NCBI GenBank assembly: GCA_976226885.1
Contig: OZ320321.1
Span: forward strand, 60,326,001 to 60,390,000
Direction of reading: 5' to 3'
DNA from: Iphione sp. A-MEVVRFRX5
Taxonomy: Eukaryota
DNA: 64,000 nt
Below are positions 53,747 to 64,000 of the stretch, one piece after another; position 1 is the stretch's first letter, and each line of letters starts with the position of its first letter. Position numbers and translations under genes: made by a program. Under the pieces are notes generated by a model. It did not search any database. It saw only the letters and a list, made by a program, of their open reading frames with translations, and had not been told where the DNA came from.

Positions 53747-53935
53747 GCCTCCTGGTGCTGGTGTGATGGTTCCTCACGTAGCGCCCGCCCAGCAGATTAC
53801 AGCACCTGCGCCTGTACAACCCCTGGTGACGGCCCCACCAACCTCCATCCCAGAACAGCCGCCACATCACATTCTCTTCCTGACGAACCTGCCCGAGGAA
53901 ACCACCGAGATGATGCTTAGCATGCTCTTCAACCA
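53747..53935 (+). CDS. SNRPA: SNF/U1A-U2B'' coding exon 4 (189 nt; linker and start of RRM2)
   Basis: [16 protein letters not shown]...[29 protein letters not shown](Q); phases match the neighbouring exons. Confidence 0.96.
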
Positions 53936-54149
53936 GTATGTACCTGTTTCGGATTTTTTTTTTCATACATAAACGCTTACTAGACTAGTAAATGAACTGC
54001 CATATCATGACTGATCCGACTACAATAAATCTTAACCAAGGCAATTAAAAAAAGGGGGGTGGAGGATGTCCGTCACCCTATTTCACTGTCACTTCCTTTA
54101 AGTGTATCTCGTACGCAAATCTAAAGCAAACCACTCCCTTATCTTCCAG

Positions 54150-54309
54150 GTTCCCGGGATTCAAGGAGGTACGATTGGTTCCTGGCCGCCACGATATTGC
54201 CTTCGTGGAGTTTGACACCGAGGCGCAGGCGGGTGCTGCCAAGGATGCGTTACAAGGATTCAAGATTACGCCGACAAATGCCATGAAAATCTCCTTCGCC
54301 AAGAAGTAA
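54150..54309 (+). CDS. SNRPA: SNF/U1A-U2B'' last coding exon (RRM2)
   Basis: [52 protein letters not shown]; total CDS 741 nt = 246 aa. Confidence 0.98.
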
Positions 54310-54693
54310 AGAGGCTCTGGTATATTGACCTGGGTTGGACAGCATGGGTCTTCTTAGGTCTGTTTATGGACGAGAGGTGTAGGGAAAGTGACAAAGGCAC
54401 CTTTGGTATAAATGTGGTAAGATTCATTGTTCATATTGTACATTAATCATCATTACAAATCTGTTTGCCTCTTCGAATTGTACTAGTTGATCGTCGCGCG
54501 ATTGGGGAAAGCGTTTTTGATCGTTAAGGAAAGGTAAACTGTTCACAGACTTGGTTTGTAAAATCTCAAAATTCACCCCCCCCCCCCCCCACGTGTGTTT
54601 CCCTCCCTGAAGTGAAGTAGCAGCTTTCCAGCAGCTTTGAAACGGAAATGCTGGTTAAACTTTCCCTCTTGGGTACAGACGACAGTGGCTGGC

Positions 54694-54798
54694 TCAGCAT
54701 TGCACCCAGGTCAGTCGGCATTGCACTAGGCAGCCCGTCCGCATTGCACCGTGCTAGCTGGACGGGGTGCCGGCTGATTGGCATTGCACCAAAGCTGA
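54694..54798 (+). promoter_or_regulatory. PIE-like U1A-binding RNA element in the 3' UTR (four AUUGCAC boxes)
   Basis: gcATTGCAC, with boxes at 54699, 54720, 54743 and 54783, inside a hairpin closed by TCAGC/GCTGA. Confidence 0.8.
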
Positions 54799-55064
54799 CT
54801 TGATCACTCTCATTATTACTACCGCCGGTAGTGGCTCCTAATCCTAATAAGAGAACACTCGGACCCTTGACAGGGCGGCAGTATGTGTGGACTGTCAACT
54901 GATCAGAGCAGCAGGTAGATACAATTTCATTTTTAAAAAAGTACTGGAAAGGGATGGTGCACTACATGCTTTAAAAAAAAAAGCTCTTTTCCAAAATTGG
55001 AGGTAAGTTCCTCGGAAGCTGGATTCCATGGATTAGTCAACTTTTTCCAGGTAACACTGTCATC

Positions 55065-55070
55065 AATAAA
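55065..55070 (+). terminator. Candidate poly(A) signal (AATAAA) for the snRNP gene
   Basis: First canonical AATAAA I found downstream of the stop and the PIE-like element. Site use unverified. Confidence 0.4.
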
Positions 55071-55143
55071 AAAAAGTTTCAAATTTAACTTTTGTTTGTC
55101 CTTATTACATATCCGAGAGAGAGTGAGAATTAAGTGGTTTTCC

Positions 55144-55598
55144 CAGGGTACCCACTGCACAGGGGAAATGGCCAAAACAATTCTGTCCGGGAAAATGCAG
55201 GAAATTTGAAAATTTGGAGCAAACAACAAAAAAAACATTTAAGACCCAGTCATTAGTTTTAAGACAAGGTCAATATCATTAGTTGTAAAATCGTCCATGT
55301 ACTTAATGGCAGTCAAACATTAACTGTTTCTATTTTCCTTTTGCTTTCTGACCGTATTATGAGCTGTTCACACTGGAGTGAGTCTTAAGTTATGGAATTG
55401 AGAATCCTGTACCTAACACTGGACCTTGTAACGTATGATGCAAAAAGGATACATATTACATGCTAGAGAACAAACAACTTGAATTAGAATTTGATAATTC
55501 AAAGTCCTGTCATGTAAAGTTGTACAGAAACCAACACAGGGAAAACTGCCATGGCACAGGGAAAACAATTTGAAAATGAAATTTGAGTGGGGACCCTG
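55144..55598. mobile_element. hAT-like MITE with 6-bp TSD
   Basis: TIR CAGGGTACCCACT vs CAGGGTCCCCACT (12/13); TTTTCC duplicated at 55138-55143 and 55599-55604. Confidence 0.8.
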
Positions 55599-58500
55599 TT
55601 TTCCGCTCCCCTTTGTAAGAACTACCAAGCAGTGCGTAATGCGTAATGCTGGAGAAGAACCATCCGTGCAGTTGCGAAACCAACTAGAATTTGAAAATGT
55701 TCTCCACAAAATAGCACTGGGCTCAAAAAAAGTTTTCCGTGATTTCTGAAGAACGGGAGCATAATTGCGTCCCAGAATTAATGAATTGTCCAGCGCAACT
55801 ACTAGCATTTTCTACGGACGTAGGACGAGAAACCGCTGCCAATTTATTTTCAAGAGTACTTTTATTGCATTGTCTGACGTAACTTTTTAATATTTCTTTT
55901 AATGCTCTAGGGAAATCCCTTACACGCCTTGACCTCGCATGTAAGAGAGGACCAATAAAACTGGCGTTGACTTGATTTTCTACAGTGAACTTATTTAAAG
56001 CTTACAAACATTGTGCGGCAAACCTCGGTAGAAATCCAGGCTAGGTTACGATACAAACATCTGCGTTAACCCGGTCAAACTGAAAGCATTTTGTTCAGTT
56101 TTTAACTTTCGAAATACAATACCGTTATATAAAACTGTCTATCGAAGACCGCAAGTGTACAGGAGGGGGGGGGGACACTCAACAAAGACAAAACGCCCAG
56201 ATACAATAAGATTTGTATGATATTTAATGATTTTGCACAACAAAGTTGAGAACAATGTTTCTGTGATGGTATCAATTTCTCCGATACAACTCACGCATCT
56301 TACACCTCTAGATTCTAGATACAAAAATACAGCATTGTTACAGCGTTGGGCCCGCGTGGTAACAATATTAGGGAACGGCGCTACATCACAGACAACTTTG
56401 TGATCTTTTACAGAGAATGATGGGGCCCTTTGCAAATTAATTTAAACGAACTAAACCCAAAATAGGGATATATATTAAGAACGAAACGAGAGGTTGAGAT
56501 GGGCGGAGATGCTTGACACCTCTGGGCACTACTATCAACTACCCGAGGCACTGCTCCGACTGGTGGCAACCAGGGCCACTCCAGGTGATGGTCACGTCTT
56601 CCCTGCCTTCACGCCCGTCCCCGACCAGCAGGAGGAGGAGGAGTCCAGACTAGCAGAGCCTGCGTCACCCTTACGGTACCGCGGACCATGACCAAAACGG
56701 ACCTCCCGATGGCGGGGATCACTCGTAAACCTGCCCCCTTTCACTGAAATCGATTTTTGTTTTGTTTTGTTTCCCTCAGAACTCTCTTGTCTGCACCAGA
56801 CCCGGCCGACTCGCCGGGCCGTGTGTAGATAATGCCGCAGGGGTGCGATGGTGGTAGAACATTGGCGAGTGGAGGTGGTGGTATAATGAATGATGGTCGT
56901 ATGAAGTTCACGACTTAGAGGAGGAAGGTTCCTGGAAGCAGCGGAGTGTTTTTTCTCATTTTTTTTCCCTCTAAACATATAATTAGCCTAATATACGTGA
57001 CTCCTGTGCGTCCGTACTCCCCATATGTCTTATATGGTGGTAAACGACAGTAAACAACTCTTTTTCATCGAAAAAGAAAGCAAAAACAATCATTACATAA
57101 AATAGTACAACATAAACACATAAAATGTAAATATAAATGAAACATCTATATTTGTGTATCTCGTGTCGATCATATATTGTAACAAGTTGTTTATCAATTA
57201 TTTACGCCCTAGTTTTTTCTTTTGTCTGCTGGTAAAAGGTTTTAATCGCTTTCCACTGTTCCCTATACTGGAACCCACTAACCATCACCTGGCATTACAG
57301 AAGTGCGGGTGGAATCACCACCGTCTGTACTAACAGGTAACAAGGTAACACAGAGGCAGAATACAAACTAACGCAACCACATCTGGCCTAAGGTTACCAA
57401 CGCACAGCGGTTACTTTAGCAACTGGCTCTAAGGGGCCCGCCAACCTGTCCCCATCGCAGCCATATACTAGAAAAAAAAAAAAATAAGCAAAACCAGGGA
57501 AATGGAAAAGACAAGAAAAAAACACTTTTGTGCTACAGTACATCCATTACCGAAGAGCGTCATTATCAAAATTATACTCGAAAAATGGGTGGATTAAGAT
57601 CTCCACCATTCAAAGTTAAAGTAACATACATTTTACATTAAGGCTACGTGAGCTGCACAACCGCACTGCCAGAAGGAAGAGTCCATTAAGACAGGATTAT
57701 TCCCTGGTTGAGAGGGCTGGCTAGAAAAGGACAGTCATAGGCTCAAAACAAACTGTTTAGTACGGCATCTCAACCGTTCATTTTAGGTTTTACTCGCTAA
57801 AGCGAACTGATTTGCCAGTGGCGGGCAACCCTTCTCACTTCCTTGACGGCGATATATTTTATCTTCAATAAGATATAAATATTGAAAAGTACTATATGGA
57901 ACGGAACATACTTAAATTAGTTCAAAGTAAAACTCCATTTCTATCAATCAGAGCTGTAACTTGTCCTAAGAGTAATAACATGATAACAGGGTGAATTTCA
58001 TTCATTAAGAGAATAAGAAGATCGTTAAAACCGCGCTTTGTAACAAGAGATGGGAGCGCTAGTCAATACACATGAGTGGATTTTTAGTATTATGATAATG
58101 GTGAGTCGCAAGAACCGGACCAGTCCGTACAAAGCATCGGGATTTTAAGAACCCGACATGTTTTTTTTGTATTTTTCTTTTTACAGAGATGTGCTTGACC
58201 TAGAAAAAAGTCCTTACAATACCATGCATTACATATAAAACTATCAGTTGCGCTAGGAATGGCCTGTGTGGTCGGGTCAACCTTTTACTCTCAAGAAACA
58301 CGTGAGCGTCTTGTAGGATGGATGTAACAGTATATGAACACTCTCAGTCACTCAAACCGGTTAAAATGAAACGTTCATGTGAGGTTATTACCTTCTGAAG
58401 CATTGACGAGGGCTATCTACTACCAAATTGAACGGAATTTTTTTTTTCCAGCCGGTGCAGAAACTACATGTCTACACCCACGTAGAACCTATGCCACACG

Positions 58501-60614
58501 AATCCAAAGGAAAAAAAATAAGCAATGATTATCATTTCTTTTCTCATCCCTGCCCTCCCCTCCCCCCTCGATTTGGTGTCCCCATTTGTGCTAACCCACG
58601 ACTGGTATTGCTAACAATCTGGTATGCGATGAAAAAGTAAGTGAAAAGGACTGTGGCGTCTAAAAACTTCATAAAATAATTTGAGTAGCTCATGAAGCTA
58701 CCTTGAGTAGCTCTCCTAAATGAGACAATCCCCTGGAGGCAGCTGGCAGACTCACGCTCCTCAACAACGGGGCTTTGGACTTTCTTTGTATCTTTTTTTC
58801 GGGTTTTAACTTCTTTTTTTTTCAATTTTTTTTGGTCACGTTTCAACTCACTCGTCTAGCTGTGCACATTATTAGGCAATAAGACCAACACCGATATGAG
58901 CTCCCTGTTTGTGTGAGGTGAGCCGTTTTACATGCCCTCTGAGGCCCAATGCTTCACCCAGTCAACATCAACAATGCAGGGGTCAAAAGACGACGCTCCG
59001 GGGACAAGAGTCAAACAACGGGCCGGTGGTCTACCTGGTGGCATTAAGCAGGCTTCGTCCAACGTTAATCGCACAAATTCATCATCTCAAGGTACCCCAT
59101 ACTACCAACTGGTTGCAACACAATACGCAACAGCACAAGGTATTCTTTTAAGTAGCTTGGTAGTATGTCTCCTGCTGTGGCCGTACTCGGCAAGCCGCTT
59201 GTAATTCAGTGCTTTTTTGGATTTTTTTGTTTTTTCGTTTGTAGGTGTACATGCATACAGACAAATAACACGGATCAAAATACAAGGTCGTCTTCCACAG
59301 GTGCGATGATGCTGACTTCTCGACGTCAGTCCCCGCGGTCGGTGAAGTACTGTCCACTGGCTTGAGGCCTCCTCCTTTTATCGTCGTCTCGACGGCTGGC
59401 GTCCGTGGTGGTGACCCGGCATTGAGACGCTTCCGTGACGTCAGCAGCGTTTGGGTGAAGTCACATGTCAACTTGGCAGAAGCTCCCCGCAGATTTGTAA
59501 CCATGGAACTACTAGACAATACATTTTTTTTGTTTTTACGCAATGTACAAAGCCATATCAGGGAGGGGCTTGCTCGCTCGTTTCGTCGGCACAGATACCT
59601 ACTTGAGGTCCGTCGTGCAAATTACGTTAAGCAACACAGCCCCGCCTCAGAATCCAGGCCAGGTAGTCGGTGTGCATCCATGCTTTCCAATCAAATCCCA
59701 CGTCTATCAACAGCCTAAGCTTTTTTCTCCCTACATTAACACCTCATTTAAAGAGTTAGATCTGCACGTTTCTCTTTGTCTTAATAGTAAAAACTATCGC
59801 AATGAACCGTAACAGAAGTCTAGCCAACTCGTTAACAGCGGAAACAATTACAGATAAACTTCTCACAAATGAAAAAATTAATAGTCTTTACAGTGAAAAA
59901 TGTCTCCGGTGATGTTGTTTGCGTTTTGTCGTTTTTTTTTCATCTCTTGGACAAAGGAAATGTGCCTCATGATATGACAGTTGGTCATTTGTTTGTCCAC
60001 AATGGGTGGTTGGTACTGTAACAGGAATTCTCTTCGACAACAGGATAAAAACAGTCTTTAAAATTGATGCTGATATTTGTTTCACTTTAAAGAGCGGATG
60101 GGCGTTTTCATGATTAATCATAAAAACTGAGTTCGACCTAGCAGATCCTCCGCCGAGCAACCAGTGCTGACTACGAAGGACCAGTGGTATTTTTTTCTTT
60201 TTATTTATATGTAATCTGCAACTGTGGAAGTGTCTGTTATACATATATAATATTTATATATCACAATGTTCTGTTCTTTGTCTCTCCAGCATCGTGGTTA
60301 TCTTGCAACCTGTTAACGGCTTGACAACATGCGTTTGATAAGAAGTCCCATACCAACGTGTCCATGTGATTTCAGGTTCGTTTTCGTCTTTTTTTTTTGT
60401 TTCGGTTTTCTTCTCGCCGCCCGAGGGACAGAGTGCTTGCTCTCGACAAGTCTTACCGCGACCGCCGCCACATGCAGAACCTCCCAAGGCGAAGGCACGC
60501 ATCTCCTGGTGGTCGCGGTCCACAACGACGAAAGCTGTCCCGTCTGTCGGAAGCCGGCGCAAATGGACAGCGTGCTTTCTTTGCTGAGTGTGTGCTCATC
60601 AGCTTTCTGTTTTC

Positions 60615-60618
<4 letters not shown>

Positions 60619-60645
<27 letters not shown>

Positions 60646-60830
60646 TTTGCTCCTGCTGACAGCAAACGCTGGTTGCTGCTGCTCCTATCCACATCTGCAT
60701 CAGCTGCTGCTGCTGCTGCGGCTGCTGCATACTTGGCTGTAGTCGCCGCTATTGTTGCAACTGTTGCTGCTACACTTGCTGCAGGCAGCTGCTGCAATCG
60801 CGACGGCAGCTGCACCCGCTGTTGCTGCCC
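60619..60830. repeat. CTG/CAG-rich trinucleotide tract, including (GCT)9, in the probable Pur-alpha 3' UTR
   Basis: Direct reading; lies downstream of the Pur stop at 61193 on the minus strand. Confidence 0.9.
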
Positions 60831-61192
60831 ATTTTGTTTTTGTGTCTTTTTTTTTCTCTGGCTTGCTGTCCGTTTGTACAAGTTGAGTTGGATTTTCCCA
60901 GATTGCGTGTTCGAGTGGCTTGCAGGTCGGCGGCGTCATGGCATGGCCGAGAGGAGGCGGCCCCCCCCCCCGCGCCGGGGGTAGCTGGTCGCCGCCGCCG
61001 CTGCCGCCACATCCACTCAGTTCCGCCCACCGTTCGTCGGCCCGGTGTCGCAGGGCCGCAAGCTTCATGTTTTAAGTCCGATCAAATCATCATCACCCAG
61101 CACATTCCCTCTGCCTACTACATTGATATATATCCTTTTAATCCTTTCATTGTTTTTTTTTTATCTAGTGTCCATTTTCCTTCAACCAGTCA

Positions 61193-61303
61193 CTAGTTGC
61201 CATCTCGATTCATCTTATCAACAAAATCGGACAGTATATCTCGAAACCTGGCCCAAGATTTTTCTGGAATGGTAATGGCAGTACGAAAGCTTGGCGACCT
61301 AAC
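61193..61303 (-). CDS. PURA: Pur-alpha last coding exon
   Basis: ttccag|[36 protein letters not shown]; end of PUR repeat III (compare fly FRTSITIPEKCWIRFRDIF). Confidence 0.93.
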   Translation of the reverse strand, partial: VRSPSFRTAITIPEKSWARFRDILSDFVDKMNRDGN

Positions 61304-61378
61304 CTGGAATCAAAAGAAAAAGGTTTTAAATCGTGAGGACCCAATTATAGATTGTCCTGATCAACTGTACATGATGTA

Positions 61379-61556
61379 CTGTTGAATGCCTATTTGTGAC
61401 CACCAATCTGGTCTCAGCCCAAGTGGTCGCAATGGTGCTATTGGTCGCAAAACGGTCAAAGTTTACATGGGAATTTACACTCCTGTTCCCAGCTGTGATG
61501 GTCGTATTAGTGAGAATGGGCGAAATTTGGTTTGGTCGCAAATAAGCATTCACCTG
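61379..61556. mobile_element. 178-bp MITE with TA flanks, related to the 25021-25876 element
   Basis: TIR CTGTTGAATGCCTATTTGTGACC vs CAGGTGAATGCTTATTTGCGACC (19/23); TA flanks; internal GGTCGCAA repeats. Confidence 0.7.
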
Positions 61557-61927
61557 TACATGTGCAGTATGTAGACTAATACTTTACTGAATGATAGATT
61601 GTTGGAGTTATTCTAGCTACATACATGTGTACAAGTAAGGAATAGTGCTTATACCTGCAATAGTGAGGGTGGTGGAATACTGAGGGAGCTGTATTTTACT
61701 GAAGTAGCCGAAAAAATACACATTGTTTTCACCCTAACACAGTACACATTCCTTCTTTTAGCTGCAACAAGTGATCACTGAATGGTTTCTGGTGCCTCTA
61801 GTCAAAGAAGACGCGGTCATGTAGGAATATGCAGATATTTATTGAAGACAGACATATATGTACATGTATGTACATGAAATCAGTTAGGCTGAAAGGATTC
61901 TGAGGAGGTCAGGAGGACGGCCAAGCA

Positions 61928-62022
61928 CTGACAAGGTGTTGGGACTTCTAAGGGTGACAGGAGGACAGCCAAGGACAGGGGTACCACCTGACAAGGTGTT
62001 CGGACTTCTAAGGGTGACAGGG
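61928..62022. repeat. Two ~60-nt direct repeats
   Basis: CTGACAAGGTGTT(G/C)GGACTTCTAAGGGTGACAGG occurs twice. Confidence 0.85.
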
Positions 62023-62553
62023 GGCAAAGAGCGGGGGTGCCGCCTGATGAGTTGTGGGAACTTGTAAGGGATGTTCTAAGATGTCCCAAGGTGAGAGGCC
62101 TCATTTCAACCTGATTTTAGGCCTGAAATACCGAGGGAGTGACATATAGGAATATAGAGGAATCTATTCTGTTCCACGGAACTGTGTGTGGAATGGTGGT
62201 GAGGGTACTGGAATAGCGAGGTGACGGAATAGTGAGGTTTTGCTGTACTTGAAAATACAGTGGAATCGCTTGATGCGGACACCACTAAATCCGGACATGT
62301 CACGCATTACGGATAGACATGAGACAGAACCCAGTGTGTACAGCCATTTCTAAATACTCCTGTCATTCCAAAGTCTCTTTTTATGGATAGTTTTCCCCTT
62401 GTTGTCCGTATATGAGCGATTTCGCTGTATTCCATTGTGCATAAATTATTTCAACCTTGATCTATAGTGAAGAGAAGTAACCAAGACACTACACACAGTT
62501 CTTGCGTTCTGCGTTACGTCATGCCATGAGAGAATATAAAGAGTACCAAATAC

Positions 62554-62660
62554 CTCTGATATACGCATGAATACTCCTCGTGGATTCTGTCCCACATCAA
62601 AGTAAAATCGTTTACCATCTACAGTAAGATGCTGTGGGTCTGGTAGATCACCATGTACTT
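62554..62660 (-). CDS. PURA: Pur-alpha penultimate exon (107 nt)
   Basis: (E)[35 protein letters not shown]; tttcag| and |gtattt junctions; PUR repeat III. Confidence 0.96.
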
Positions 62661-63833
62661 CTGAAATCGGAAAAACAACGCAACATTTAAGACGATGACT
62701 TTAAAATTAGTCCGGGGGTATAGTTTTGTTCGACATCGATTATATTTCAATTAAATAACCATTTTTTTAAAGTAAAGCTTCTATTCGTAATTCTAAGAAA
62801 TATAAAAATGTATGTATACATGTATGTATAAGTACGATATATATATAACCGTATATAAATATACACAATCTATACTTTATCATATGTGCGTATGAAATGT
62901 ATTTATCGGACAGAACATTTCCCATTAACGTTGGCGGTGCTGCTGTTGCAATCAAGTGACCACAAACGTCATTTAGGTACCACGTTTACGGCGAACAGAA
63001 GCGGACCTGTGTCAGCAAACCTGACGAAATTTCGGACGCCCAGCTACACCGTCTGCTGTCAACAGGCGTAGATGGAAGTCAAGTCTGGAGGAAAACGGCT
63101 GGGCTAATTTCAAACACAATGCCCTTTGACTGGGCATCTCTAATGGGGGTGCAAGCAAATCGCCTTGAACCGGGCGCTTTTCCTGCTCGACACAGATCAG
63201 TGGAGCTGGTGACACAGTGCTCCCGGCCTTGACCTACATTCGCCTACCACTGGCTGGCCTTTTTCTAGTTACTGTTAACGTCACCAGATGGCAGCGCAAT
63301 TCCTCATCTGGTCTACGGACCAATTCATCTTAACTAAAAGGACACAGAGAGACTTCAAAGAGGAGAAGCGTGGCAAAATCTGAGTGTTACTTGGAATCGT
63401 CGTCTACAGCGTGATAATTACTGCAGCTTACGGGAAGAGTGCGTGATTCTTTGAGAGAGTGGGGGCTTGAACAAAGAAAAGAAAGAGTGCACGTGTATCC
63501 ATTTGCTTATAAAACGGGGCGGGAGTTGGTTAATATATATATTTTTTATAACGGGAATTCTTCTTAATAATAGTTTCTCTACAATTCAAGGTAGTTTGAA
63601 TAGAAATGTTGCCGAGAGGGAGGGGACGTATATATATAGATTGCGGGGCTGAGATGAGATGCTCTTTCTTCACTGGTGTGGGGGTGGGTGGGTGGGTGTA
63701 CGACCAGGCTGACTGGGGAGGCCCCTACCCAGCGCGGGCCCGGGGGGGCCCGCCGAGGCCTCCCCAGTGGCAGCGCGTCGCTGTTTTTTTTTTTTTTTTT
63801 GCTGTGGCGGTGAATGGTAGCCTGGGCACTGAC

Positions 63834-63954
63834 CGTGGTCGTCTGTCCCAAACTCATCTAGTAGGTCAGTAAGGGCGTCACGGAACTCGATCATCCCTTG
63901 GGCAGGAATGGCAATTTGGGTGCGTTGCTGGGAGCGGAGCACTGTCTGCGACAC
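63834..63954 (-). CDS. PURA: Pur-alpha exon (121 nt; end of PUR repeat II); upstream exons lie outside the window
   Basis: ttgcag|[40 protein letters not shown]|gtcagt. Confidence 0.96.
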
Positions 63955-64000
63955 CTGCAAGCACAACCAGAGCGGTGTCCAGGTCGGGCATGGCACACAG

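Noticed and set aside
54435-54483. Two ATTGTAC heptamers upstream of the PIE-like element
   Set aside because: AT-rich context with no flanking C-G stem; probably chance matches.
60329-61196. Long ORFs on both strands (up to 195 aa, poly-Ala/Leu)
   Set aside because: Explained by CTG/CAG low complexity; no domain similarity or consistent splice context.

Overview
This is animal genomic DNA with spliceosomal introns. It is invertebrate; the frequent TACATGTA motifs, vertebrate-like intron positions and MITE-rich sequence suggest amphioxus or a similar animal (inference). Three conserved genes can be built exon by exon. (1) VPS26, the retromer subunit (- strand): coding exons 23006-11569, plus a probable ATG-only first exon at 46784-46786, giving about 325 aa. 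It has two paralogous 107-nt copies of exon 6 that look mutually exclusive. (2) An SNF/U1A-U2B'' snRNP protein gene (+ strand, CDS 50967-54309, 246 aa), apparently head-to-head with VPS26. Its 3' UTR carries four AUUGCAC boxes in a hairpin resembling an expanded U1A polyadenylation-inhibition element (PIE). (3) The last three coding exons of an intron-containing Pur-alpha gene (- strand, 63954-61193), convergent with the snRNP gene. Positions 1-6.2 kb are a tandem duplication, or two haplotypes, whose copies carry different insertions: a solo LTR, a TA-MITE and a Gypsy 3' remnant. The rest holds Harbinger, Tc1/mariner-like and hAT-like non-autonomous elements (two of the hAT-like ones with 6-bp TSDs), minisatellites, a 37-bp intronic hairpin and two N gaps. 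Most short ORFs in the track are non-coding noise.
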